From Spirochaetia bacterium (GTDB lineage: Bacteria > Spirochaetota > UBA4802 > UBA5550), in contig VFJS01000061.1 in NCBI GenBank assembly GCA_009885955.1, forward strand, positions 30,228 through 94,227: 64,000 nucleotides of DNA. Direction: 5' to 3'. The notes under the pieces are model-generated. The model worked only from the letters and a program-made list of their open reading frames with translations, was not told where the DNA came from and searched no databases. This document shows, piece after piece, positions 52,963-62,165 of the stretch (positions are counted from its first letter, which is position 1; every line of letters begins with the position of its first letter). Position numbers and translations under genes: made by a program.

Positions 52963-53565
52963 TTATGAATGTAAAATATATTCCGGGAAAATTTTTTTCC
53001 TGAAATTCTCTTCGAAATCAAGAAATTTCTTCACCCTATCTTTAAATGAAATTCCGAAATTTAAAAAATATTTATGATATGTTAATTTTACAGGCGATAT
53101 ATAATTTTCATCAATATAAAAAAACATACAACCATATATATAATTTCTTGCGTCAGTAACATAATTTGCCATGACCGGATTATTAATTATATAACAATTA
53201 ATGTAATTAAATGCCATTTCAGGATCATCTGACTCCTCAATTATGGTATCCCCAAATCTTTCATTCCAGAAAGGACCACTCCTACCCATCTTTTTATTAT
53301 ACCTGATTGCATATTGAGCCTTAATGAACTGCATTATCAATGATATTGAAGGACCTTCTTCAAGAGTTCCAATAAAAAAATGGAAATGGTTATCCATGAT
53401 TACATAGGAAAAAAGTTCAAATCTATATTTTTCAAGGGCCATATTCATGACTTTAATCATAAGGTCCTTCATCTTATCATGTTTCATCATATTTTTTTTA
53501 TCAATGCATCTTGAATATAAATGATAAGTAAGGTTAGGCTCGCACCTTCTTACAGGATTTGTCAT
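52963..53565 (-). mobile_element. REP-associated tyrosine transposase (RAYT, Y1 HUH family)
   Basis: YHLYSR, YVIMDNHFH (HUH), GPFWNERF, YIINNPV; very AT-rich. Confidence 0.88.
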
Positions 53566-53646
53566 ATATTCTCCAGTTTCCTAAATTCAATGCAATACAT
53601 TTCTTATATTAATACGATTAAAACAGGAGAATATAGAAAGAAAAAT

Positions 53647-53900
53647 TGCTCTGAGCATAGTTTTGTTCTTCTGAGAAACAAAGAAATGTTAAGGTAAAAT
53701 CCTCTCATTCCATCAAAAAATCGGAAAAATCCTTAGAGCAAAACCAGAAGAATCTTTTGAAAGTAATGATGTAAAAGATAACAAAAATTCATAACTCTTG
53801 CCAAAATTTACATATAAAGCAGAAATTAACAAAAAATGCATGAAAAAATTGAATGCTCTGAGCAAGGAAATTGCAAGGAACAATGAATTAGCTCAGAGCA
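53647..53900. repeat. Cluster of TGCTCWGAGCA palindromes 5' of the RAYT gene
   Basis: Perfect copies at 53647 and 53854, near-perfect at 53890, degenerate at 53730. Confidence 0.8.
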
Positions 53901-54069
53901 ACCTAAAATGAGCAACCTAAATTATTTATTAATTCCGGTTCATAAACATCTTATTTTTTATTTGAAATGTCCAAATTTCGGCTCAACAAAAGGGTGTGGT
54001 AGAATGAACCGGCATTGGCAGGTTACTGAACAAAAAAAATTAAGGCCCGCTACCAGCATGAAGATGTTA

Positions 54070-54111
54070 TTTACCCTGAACGGCCCCTCGTACCAGGCAA
54101 TTCAGGGTAAA
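54070..54111. terminator. Stem-loop downstream of the NHL lipoprotein gene
   Basis: tttaccctgaa / ttcagggtaaa, 11-bp perfect inverted repeat with 20-nt loop. Confidence 0.35.
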
Positions 54112-54143
54112 GCAATAATTTTATTCAATCTCCATACATACTG

Positions 54144-56540
54144 TCAATAGAAGAGACAACGATGATTATACCTATCAACAATATACAATCTACCGTTGGA
54201 ATCAACACTGACACCCGAAGGATTATTCAAGCTGTCAGCACTGAGCCCTCCCTTATTCATTGTATAGGTTGTAAAATTCCTTCCCTGACCATAAACAGCT
54301 ATGGCTGTGGTGCTCGTTCCTGGGTAATACAATACTCGATGAGAACTATACGCAGCGATAAATACACCACTGGCACAAGCGACTACCTCATAGGGGGCTG
54401 TTAATGAATTGCTATTCACCCCATTAACAGTTTGATATGTGCTGGTTGCAAAATTGCCACCCTGGCCATAAACCCGCGTTGCCGTTGTGCTTGTACCTGA
54501 AAAATAGAGCACGCGGTTATTTACTCTATCAGAAATATATACCCCGCTGCCATATGCTGATACTCCATTAGGCTCATATAAGGAATTAGCGCTAAGACCG
54601 CCATTATTTGGTGTTGCAGTTGAGAAACTCCCTCCCTGGCCATAAACCCGCGTTGCCGTTGTGCTTGTGCCGGTGTAATACAAAACCCGATTATTATCTC
54701 TATCTGCGATATATACCCCGCTTGAATCAACTGCAACACCAAAAGGAGCAAACAGTGAATTTTCACTTGTACCCCCATTATTGGCTGTGTTAGTAGTGAA
54801 ACTTCCGCCCTGGCCATAGACCCGGATCGCCGTGGTGCTTGTACCACTATAATACAATACTCGGTTATTATTTGGTTCAGCAATATATATCCCGTTTGAA
54901 TCAATAGCTATTGACTGTGGAAAATATAAACTGTTGGCACTAATCCCGCCGTTATTTGGTGTTGAAGTAGTAAAACTCCCACCCTGTCCGTATACACGGG
55001 TGGCCGTAGTGCTTGTACCGCTATAATACAATACTCGGTTATTATATCCATCAGCAATATATACCCCGGTTGATGTCACGGTAATACGATATGGAGTATT
55101 TAGGCTATTCGCGCTTATCCCCCCATTATTACTCGTATTCGTTATAAAACTCCCTCCCTGGCCATAAACGCGGAGAGCCGTTGAATTATAGACATAGAGA
55201 GTTGTCTGCTGGACTGAAGAGCCCCCGGCATTTGTCGCGACTACAATGATCCGGTACATGGTGCTTGTAGAAAGGCCGGAAAACAGGCGCCCAGCGGCAG
55301 AGACGTCAAAGGGTCCCTGGGTGGCACCAAACACATTGGTACCTGAGGCAAAGATTATTCCGTCAACACCAAGGAAGGCATTGACAGTGGGTGCCGGATT
55401 GCCCCCGGCGAAAAAGGTGGGCAGATCCAGGGTTATGGATGACGCATCGGAAGCTGATATAACCAGGGGATTTAGTACCGGCACCGTTGATGTGGTGCTC
55501 TGGGTAATCTGCTGCACTGAATACCCGGCGCTGTTTTCCGCCACAACAATGATTTTATATGCCGTCGCGGCGCTCAGGCTGGTAAATTGCTTTGATGATG
55601 TGGCTACATTCACTGGCCCCTGCAGGTAACTGCTCACGGAGGTGGCTGTCACTGATATGGAGGCGCTTAATCCTAAATATGCCAGGACCGTGGGAGTGGG
55701 GTTCCCTGCTATGGAAAAGGTTGGTTGTGCCAGGGTTATGGTTGTAGCATCGAATGAAGATATGGAGAGCGCGTTCAATACCGGCGTTATGGCGGCCGTG
55801 CTCTGGACAATCTGCTTCACCGAATATCCCTGGCTATTTTCAGCCACAACAATAATTCTATAGGTGGTATTGGTACTCAAGCTGGAAAACTGGCATGTGG
55901 ATGTGGCAACGCTCACCGGCCCCTGCGTTGAATTACTCACGGTAGAACCGGAAACCGTTATGGTCCCGTCAATTCCTATATAGGCCCTCACCACGGGTAT
56001 CGGATTCCCGGCGGTGGAGAAGGTCGGCTGGCCCAGGGTTATGGAGCTTAAATCGGACGCGGTTATGACAAGGTTATTCATTACCGGTGCTATGGACGCC
56101 GTGCTCTGTATGATCGATTGTACCGAATAGCCCGCGGTATTTTGCGCGATTACAACGATTTTATAGGTGGTATTGGCGCTTAATCCGGTGAAGGTGCAAT
56201 CACCTGATGAGGCGTCAATTGGCCCCTGCTCATAATTGTTCACCGATGAACCCGATATGGTTATGGTCCCGCTCACTCCGATATAAGCAGCCACAATGGG
56301 TACCGGACTCCCTGCGGTTCCAAAGGTCGGCTGGGACAGGGTGATGGAGCTGGAATCTGACGCCGTTATAACAAGGGCGTTCATCACCGGTGCAACGGAT
56401 GACGGGTCGGTTCCGGAAGAATAATTTGTCCCAAGCGGGTCATTGGGATTGTTATAATCGATTTCACCCCCCACATTATCGCATGACACCTGTGTTAAAA
56501 TTAATGAAAGGGATAAAAAGATAAAAGATAATTTATTCAT
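54144..56540 (-). CDS. Surface lipoprotein with four Fn3-like repeats and an NHL-type beta-propeller
   Basis: Lipobox TQVSC then NNPNDP; four ~101-aa repeats ending T.Y.IIVVA.N..G.SV; six ~58-aa RVYGQG / YIAD..NNRVL repeats. Confidence 0.85.
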   Translation of the reverse strand: MNKLSFIFLSLSLILTQVSCDNVGGEIDYNNPNDPLGTNYSSGTDPSSVAPVMNALVITASDSSSITLSQPTFGTAGSPVPIVAAYIGVSGTITISGSSVNNYEQGPIDASSGDCTFTGLSANTTYKIVVIAQNTAGYSVQSIIQSTASIAPVMNNLVITASDLSSITLGQPTFSTAGNPIPVVRAYIGIDGTITVSGSTVSNSTQGPVSVATSTCQFSSLSTNTTYRIIVVAENSQGYSVKQIVQSTAAITPVLNALSISSFDATTITLAQPTFSIAGNPTPTVLAYLGLSASISVTATSVSSYLQGPVNVATSSKQFTSLSAATAYKIIVVAENSAGYSVQQITQSTTSTVPVLNPLVISASDASSITLDLPTFFAGGNPAPTVNAFLGVDGIIFASGTNVFGATQGPFDVSAAGRLFSGLSTSTMYRIIVVATNAGGSSVQQTTLYVYNSTALRVYGQGGSFITNTSNNGGISANSLNTPYRITVTSTGVYIADGYNNRVLYYSGTSTTATRVYGQGGSFTTSTPNNGGISANSLYFPQSIAIDSNGIYIAEPNNNRVLYYSGTSTTAIRVYGQGGSFTTNTANNGGTSENSLFAPFGVAVDSSGVYIADRDNNRVLYYTGTSTTATRVYGQGGSFSTATPNNGGLSANSLYEPNGVSAYGSGVYISDRVNNRVLYFSGTSTTATRVYGQGGNFATSTYQTVNGVNSNSLTAPYEVVACASGVFIAAYSSHRVLYYPGTSTTAIAVYGQGRNFTTYTMNKGGLSADSLNNPSGVSVDSNGRLYIVDRYNHRCLFY

Positions 56541-56563
56541 AACTACTCCTGGGATGCAATAGA

Positions 56564-57508
56564 TTAAAACTGAATCGTGATTCCGGTCACTATACAGGGC
56601 CGGTTGAAATAATTGTTCCCCTGGGAAATCATGGGGCTCATGTACACAAAAGGAATAATTCCTGGATCAAAAATATTAAGTCCCCGGGCACTTCGCGCAG
56701 GGGAAAAAGCAAAGTACTGATAGAAAAAATATCCTGCAGCCAGGAAGGACGCTCCGCCCACTCCATAGGAAATATTTCTGTACAGGGCAAATTTCGCAGC
56801 GTCATCCCTGTTGCTTTTCATATCTTTATGGAGCTTTTCAGCCTCGGCCGATGCTGTTGCCGCCTTATATTTAACTGCCATGGAATCATAATCAGATTTC
56901 AGTGAACCCACCTGCATGTTGAAGTAATATCCCCCTCCAAACGACAGGAGAGATAGCCCGGTAAAGCCGAAGGCAGGGACACCGTAGGGGTTCCCTGCCC
57001 CCTGTTTTTTATCGCCGCCCCCTTTTCCAGCCACCCCTTTCTTATCAATGCTGCCGACCAGTTTACTGACGTAATTTGAAACAGTGGAGTGGAGATCACC
57101 CTCATCATTTGCAACGGCCTTCTCACTGAATTCAGCCACCCCTTTCTCTACGTCAACGATCCTTCCGGTTATTATTATTTTCCCGCCAAGCTTCATCACC
57201 GAACCGACGAGGATTTTCCTTGCACTCAGGACTTTCCCCATCTCAACCGCGCAGGAAACATCGGTGCAGCCCGATTGCTGCACACCCTGCTCCTTCAATA
57301 TCTGGTTCATCTGGGCCCTTTCGATAATGATGAACCTATCTGCGTTGATGAGCTCGTTCCGTATCAATTCCGATATCTTCCCCGCATCGGACACCGATAT
57401 GTCCTTTGCTTCAAAATCCATTATGGCAATCCGCATCTTTTCCTGGGAATATCCGGCGATTGCGGAGACAAGGAATAATATTGTCAAAAAAAGTTTTATC
57501 ATTTTCAT
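56564..57508 (-). CDS. CsgG/HfaB-like exported protein with C-terminal hydrophobic helices
   Basis: RIAIMDF...FIIIERAQMNQILKEQ...GCTDVSCAVEMGKVL. Confidence 0.75.
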   Translation of the reverse strand: MKMIKLFLTILFLVSAIAGYSQEKMRIAIMDFEAKDISVSDAGKISELIRNELINADRFIIIERAQMNQILKEQGVQQSGCTDVSCAVEMGKVLSARKILVGSVMKLGGKIIITGRIVDVEKGVAEFSEKAVANDEGDLHSTVSNYVSKLVGSIDKKGVAGKGGGDKKQGAGNPYGVPAFGFTGLSLLSFGGGYYFNMQVGSLKSDYDSMAVKYKAATASAEAEKLHKDMKSNRDDAAKFALYRNISYGVGGASFLAAGYFFYQYFAFSPARSARGLNIFDPGIIPFVYMSPMISQGNNYFNRPCIVTGITIQF

Positions 57509-57715
57509 GACTTCTCCTTCAAAATTATTATATGACTTTTAAAAATCATATCCTGGCATTGATCTGATTTAAAGAGGATAATGAGTTATGCCTGTTTGAT
57601 GATAAAAAATTTTGTTGTGAGAAAAAAATTTCTCTGCAATAATCTATTCCCATTTGCTTATGAAATAAATATACAAAATCTGCAAATTTTGGAGTTTTAA
57701 AATATTTTATTTTAC

Positions 57716-57738
57716 AGAGAGAGAGAGAGAGAGAGAGA
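57716..57738. repeat. (AG)11A microsatellite, intergenic
   Basis: Counted directly; about 210 bp upstream of the CsgG-like start. Confidence 0.92.
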
Positions 57739-57822
57739 ATGTAACTGCTCAACAAATTATCAATATGTATTATCCCCTCCATCAATACAATTTTATAATA
57801 CAATTTTATCCTTTATGCTCTT

Positions 57823-57845
57823 TTGCTTGCTTGCTTGCTTGCTTG
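57823..57845. repeat. (TTGC)5TTG tetranucleotide microsatellite, intergenic
   Basis: Counted directly. Confidence 0.9.
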
Positions 57846-57935
57846 ATAGTATGATTATTTTTAAATACAATAATCATACATTGATTAACTGTCAAGAAAA
57901 AAAAATTTATTCCAGGTTTAATAATGTTTCCCGTG

Positions 57936-58613
57936 TTACTTCATCCTGTTCTTCTCCCGAATCCTCTCCATCATCTCCTTTGCTTTGTCCCTGGCCTTTA
58001 GCTCGTTTGAGTCGCACGGGACGTCCCAGGGCTTTGTTATGTTCCAGGAGAGCTTTATCAGGAGTGGACTTTCAGGTAATGCCCCGGGGTCGCACATGGT
58101 ATATCCCATAAATTCAACAGGTTTTTCCTGGTACGAGGCACGCACTGCATCCCGTATGAGGCCCGGGTCCCCCTGGAACTGCAGGTCAATGAGGGTTACC
58201 TGTTTTCTGAAACGTTCTATAAATTCGATGGGGACATTGTACAGAATCGGGTGAAGGGCTTCGGTCCCTATGATTTTGTTCTTATCATCAACGCCATTCT
58301 TCATAAGGGCTTTCAGCGCCTCCCCGGTGCTGTGCCCCGGGGATTCAGGACCGCCGAGGATGAGCCAGCGGATATTGGGGTTGGCAACGACATTACATAT
58401 TATTTTCTCAAAGCCGATATTTGGGGTCTGGACAGTCCCGGAAAGTGCGGCCCCGCTTTCAGCGCCTGCACGCACCAGGGATTCAATCTCCGGCGGAATC
58501 TTGTCCTCATCGGTATTCAGTATTATGGCCACGGCGGCAGGGGAAAAATCATTCCCCCGGATGTAACGACCAGGTTCCGGGGGATAATCGGGATGGGATT
58601 TTACTTTTAGCAT
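57936..58613 (-). CDS. Soluble MtrA/MtxA-like corrinoid protein (tetrahydromethanopterin S-methyltransferase subunit A homolog)
   Basis: G.YI.G...SPAAV; GAALSGTVQTPNIGFEKIICNVVANPNIRWLILGGPESPGHSTGEAL..L.KNGVD...IIG...P...N.P...IERFRKQV, collinear with archaeal MtrA including the GH.TG cobalt-ligand His; AAGGAG RBS. Confidence 0.85.
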   Translation of the reverse strand: MLKVKSHPDYPPEPGRYIRGNDFSPAAVAIILNTDEDKIPPEIESLVRAGAESGAALSGTVQTPNIGFEKIICNVVANPNIRWLILGGPESPGHSTGEALKALMKNGVDDKNKIIGTEALHPILYNVPIEFIERFRKQVTLIDLQFQGDPGLIRDAVRASYQEKPVEFMGYTMCDPGALPESPLLIKLSWNITKPWDVPCDSNELKARDKAKEMMERIREKNRMK

Positions 58614-58650
58614 GGATTACTCCTTTCAAGATGATATAATTCACTTATTG

Positions 58651-58732
58651 TGCTCTGAGCTTCCTGGCTTTCCACTCGCCGTGCTCTGAGCTCCTTCACC
58701 CTGTTCCGGGAGACGAGCCGGGGATGGGGTAT
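58651..58732. repeat. Two TGCTCTGAGCT palindrome copies plus a degenerate CCCTCTCCC-type repeat
   Basis: Copies at 58651 and 58682; 58691-58732 resembles the arm at 23245-23288. Confidence 0.65.
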
Positions 58733-58807
58733 TTATCAAAAAAATTCCCCTCCTGAACCAAAAAACAACGTTCTCATGCCCAAATAAAAACATACACTTC
58801 CTTGATT

Positions 58808-60157
58808 TTATAACATTCTCTCCAGTTTTTGAACTGCCATCTGTACCGGATCCCACGGGCTGCTGAGCGGGGGCGTGTAGCTCAAGTCGTAATTACTGAA
58901 TTCCCGGACGGTCATCCCGTGATAGATTGCGGAAGCAAAAATATCAACACGCTTTGAAACTTCGGTTTTATAGGCACCGAGCATCTGGGCCCCCAGTATT
59001 CTTTTAGTTGCTTTATCAGCAATCACACGAATATATATTTTTTCAGCTATCGGATAATAGGCCTTGTGGTCCCAGGTTTCGAAATCGGCGTATATTGGTT
59101 TAAATCCGGCATCAATGGCTTCCTTTGCATTCAGCCCTGTCCGGGCAGCGACTTTATCGAATATTTTCACCGACTGCGTCCCCAGCGACCCGGCAAATTC
59201 CCGGTTTCCGCCAACGGCATTTTCACCGGCGATCCGCCCATGCTTGTGGGCTACTGTTCCCAGCGGCAGGTAAGTGTATTTTTGCAAGAGTCTATGCCAT
59301 GTCTCAGAACAATCCCCGGCCGCATAGATATCAGGAATATTTGTTTCCATCTTTTGATTTACTTTGAAGGCACCTTTTGTGCCTGTGTCGATTCCGGTTG
59401 AGCGGCCCAAGCCGGTATTTGGAACACTGCCGACGGATACCAGCACCATGTCGGCCTGGAGTTCTAATCCCCCGGATCCTTTTACCGTGAGAGTGTCACC
59501 GTTTTTATCGATTGACTCAACGGAAATTTTATTATGCACGGTAATTCCGGCCTGTATGAGCATATCCTTTATTTTTAGGCTTAATTCGATATCCATTGAC
59601 GGCATAACCGATTCGGCGAATTCAACAACGGTCACTTTCAAACCACGGCTGGTGAGCGCCTCGGACATTTCCATGCCGATATAACCGGCGCCGATAATGA
59701 CCGCTGTCCGGGGGTTTCGCTTTTCAATAAATTCATCAATGGCGAATGCCTCGGGCATCCAGCGCAGAAAGAAAACGCCGGGATGATGGATCCCCGGGAT
59801 ATCAGGCTTTACCGACACCGCGCCGGTACCGATGATCAGTTTATCATACTCGAGGGTTTTCGCAATGCCCGCGTTATCAATTACTCTGATCGTTTTATTC
59901 CGGATATTAACAGTTTCAGCCCGATGCTCCAGGAGAAGGCGGACACCTTCCTTTTCGATCTCCTCTCTTGTACGGTGGGCAAGGTTCTTCCAGTGTTTCA
60001 CTTCATGGCTAATGTAATAGGGCAGCCCGCAGATACTGAAATTTGGATAGTTATCGCCAACAATCATGGTTGCCACAGCTTCCGGATCAAGTTCGATTGC
60101 TCTGAGCGCGGCACTGATGCCTGCATCGCTGCCGCCGATGATGACAATATTTTTCAT
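58808..60157 (-). CDS. CoA-disulfide reductase / NADH oxidase family flavoprotein
   Basis: IIGGSDAG, FSICGLPYY (single redox Cys), IGAGYIG.E, YAAGD, DLSYTPPLS..WDP. Confidence 0.9.
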   Translation of the reverse strand: MKNIVIIGGSDAGISAALRAIELDPEAVATMIVGDNYPNFSICGLPYYISHEVKHWKNLAHRTREEIEKEGVRLLLEHRAETVNIRNKTIRVIDNAGIAKTLEYDKLIIGTGAVSVKPDIPGIHHPGVFFLRWMPEAFAIDEFIEKRNPRTAVIIGAGYIGMEMSEALTSRGLKVTVVEFAESVMPSMDIELSLKIKDMLIQAGITVHNKISVESIDKNGDTLTVKGSGGLELQADMVLVSVGSVPNTGLGRSTGIDTGTKGAFKVNQKMETNIPDIYAAGDCSETWHRLLQKYTYLPLGTVAHKHGRIAGENAVGGNREFAGSLGTQSVKIFDKVAARTGLNAKEAIDAGFKPIYADFETWDHKAYYPIAEKIYIRVIADKATKRILGAQMLGAYKTEVSKRVDIFASAIYHGMTVREFSNYDLSYTPPLSSPWDPVQMAVQKLERML

Positions 60158-60252
60158 ATATGACGCACCCTCCTGAAAAGTGAATGTTAAATGCTTATAT
60201 AGGATGATAATTCAATTTGCAATAGATGAAGAGCTTACTGACAGATCTTTCA

Positions 60253-61335
60253 TCATATAAAAAACTTTTTCCTGAACCAGAGCGAAACATTGACAAGCCC
60301 GATGAGAACCGGCACTTCCACAAGGGGGCCCACAACCGTGGCAAAGGCTATTGGCGATGCGATTCCGAAAACCGCAATGGCAACTGCAATGGCAAGCTCA
60401 AAATTGTTGCCGGATGCGGTAAATGCCAGTGTCGCGCTTCTGCTGTAATCAGCACCCAGCCTGCGGGCCATGAAAAAACTTACCATGAACATGATAACAA
60501 AATAGCAGCTGAGCGGTATGGCGATCCAAAGTACGTCCTGGGGATGATAGATTATCTGTTTCCCCTGCATGCTGAACATCACCACAATGGTAAAAAGAAG
60601 GGCTACAAGGGTTATGGGTGATATCTTCGGGACAAAGACTCTGTCATACCACTGGTCCCCCTTTACCGGCAGAAGGATAACACGGCTGAGGATCCCCGCG
60701 CCAAAGGGTATGCCGAGATAGATCATTACACTGACGAATATTTCTCTTATGGTTACATTAACAACCATCCCCTGGAGGCCGAAAAATGCCGGGAGAACTG
60801 TTACAAAAATCCAGGCATAAACCCCGAAGGTGAGTATCTGAAATATACTGTTCAGCGCAACCAGCCCGGCTGCATACTCGCTGTTGCCGCCTGCAAGCTG
60901 GTTCCAGACCAGAACCATGGCGATACAGCGGGCGATTCCGACAAGGATGAGGCCTACCATGTAATTACCCCACCGCGGATCCGGGCCGAAAATTGAGGGG
61001 GCGATGAAACCGAAAAACAGGACTGAAAGGGCGAACATTAAAATGGGCCCCACTATCCAGTTCTGGATTAAGGAGAGGCTCACGATTTTAACATCGGCAA
61101 AGACCTTGGGCATCAGCTCATATTTGACCTTTGCCAGGGGCGGGTACATCATGAGGATGAGCCCGATGGCGATGAGGAGATTGGTGTTTTCCCCAACCGT
61201 GAGTGCCTTGTTGAAACTTTCAACGGCTCCCTGAAAAACAAAACCGACTGCCACCCCAATCCCCATGGCGAGAAATATCCAAAGCGTTAAATAGCGGTCG
61301 AGAAAGGATAATTTTTTTGTTAAACCGACTGTCAT
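60253..61335 (-). CDS. acr3: ACR3-family arsenite efflux transporter
   Basis: [57 protein letters not shown]. Confidence 0.96.
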   Translation of the reverse strand: MTVGLTKKLSFLDRYLTLWIFLAMGIGVAVGFVFQGAVESFNKALTVGENTNLLIAIGLILMMYPPLAKVKYELMPKVFADVKIVSLSLIQNWIVGPILMFALSVLFFGFIAPSIFGPDPRWGNYMVGLILVGIARCIAMVLVWNQLAGGNSEYAAGLVALNSIFQILTFGVYAWIFVTVLPAFFGLQGMVVNVTIREIFVSVMIYLGIPFGAGILSRVILLPVKGDQWYDRVFVPKISPITLVALLFTIVVMFSMQGKQIIYHPQDVLWIAIPLSCYFVIMFMVSFFMARRLGADYSRSATLAFTASGNNFELAIAVAIAVFGIASPIAFATVVGPLVEVPVLIGLVNVSLWFRKKFFI

Positions 61336-61393
61336 ATGCAAACCCCATGAAATATTTATTTTTTAAAACGGATATTACAAGAAACTTGAAGTG

Positions 61394-61429
61394 GCTGAAT
61401 CCAGGATGGATCTGCATCCGGGATTCAGC
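61394..61429. other. 15-bp stem-loop overlapping the arsR stop codon
   Basis: gctgaatccaggatg / catccgggattcagc, one mismatch, 6-nt loop. Confidence 0.6.
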
Positions 61430-61811
61430 ATCTCTCTTTTTGTTTCCCATTTTTTCTATCCGTGTCGCTCCAGCATTGCATCAATGTGCCGCTGGCCTTT
61501 TTGTTTTTCAGTTTGTCAGTATCAAGGCGGCAGGCATCAATTTTTTCAAAGGATAATGCAAGATATTCCACGAGCAGAGGGTGTTCACTCATGAAATCAT
61601 CATTTATTCTGTAAAATACCCACTGGGCATTTTTTCTGGATTTCAGTGCCCCTGCCACGCTCAACCTGTTCAGATGGCGCGAAACGTTTGTCTGGGAAAG
61701 ACCGAGAATTTCCTCGATCTCACAAACGCAGAGCTCACCCTGCATAACAAGGTTCAATATTCTAAGCCTGTTGCTGTCCCCAAGTGCCTTTAATGTTTTT
61801 TCCAGTTCCAT
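61425..61811 (-). CDS. arsR: ArsR/SmtB transcriptional repressor
   Basis: KALGDSNRLRIL...ELCVCEI...SQTNVSRHL..L...QWVFY. Confidence 0.93.
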   Translation of the reverse strand: MELEKTLKALGDSNRLRILNLVMQGELCVCEIEEILGLSQTNVSRHLNRLSVAGALKSRKNAQWVFYRINDDFMSEHPLLVEYLALSFEKIDACRLDTDKLKNKKASGTLMQCWSDTDRKNGKQKERC

Positions 61812-61842
61812 GAATAGTATTTTTATGGTTCAGTGCTTTATA

Positions 61843-61894
61843 ATGCGTATATTCAAATATATGCATATACTAACAATATACATAATTTTGTCAA
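61843..61894 (-). promoter_or_regulatory. sigma70-like promoter and ArsR-type operator upstream of arsR
   Basis: Minus strand TTGACA (61894-61889), 16-nt spacer, TAGTAT preceded by TGn; followed by the 11-2-11 inverted repeat atgcgtatatt-ca-aatatatgcat (61843-61866). Confidence 0.65.
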
Positions 61895-61912
61895 TATATT
61901 TTACAACTTTTT

Positions 61913-62128
61913 AGCTCAGAACAACTTTTTGTTTGCTCAAAACTGTTTGCTCAGAGCAATTATCCCGCTGCTAAAAGTATTTCAGACCTTTGCTCAGAGT
62001 ATTTGACACTAGCTGGCTGGCTTGATCAGAGCAACTTTATTTGTTTTAGCTTCTATTTGCTCAGCCAGCGAAAAAGCCCGGTCCCTGAGCTGAGTTGGGC
62101 TCAGAGCAACTAACCACTGCTCAGAGCA
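61913..62128. repeat. Dense cluster of TGCTCAGAGCA-like palindromes
   Basis: Good copies at 61913, 61948, 61991, 62023, 62098, 62118; degenerate at 61934, 61969, 62058, 62081. Confidence 0.85.
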
Positions 62129-62165
62129 ATAAACCTTATTTCAATAACGGGATAAAACCAATAAT

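Noticed and set aside
52963-53565. IS200/IS605 element with TnpB
   Set aside because: No tnpB is present, and the protein has RAYT-type FWxxRF and YIxxNPV motifs.
57546-58111. ORFs 57546-57803 and 57815-58111
   Set aside because: They span microsatellites or overlap the mtrA-like gene antisense; no RBS or family signal.
57936-58613. Evidence for methanogenesis or archaeal contamination
   Set aside because: Only an MtrA-like subunit without membrane anchor is present; neighbours, RBS and composition are bacterial.
58641-58856. 71-aa ORF between the reductase and mtrA-like genes
   Set aside because: It overlaps the reductase end and reads through palindromic repeats; likely spurious.
61913-62128. 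CRISPR array
   Set aside because: Repeats are only 11 bp, degenerate and irregularly spaced, and there are no cas genes in the window.
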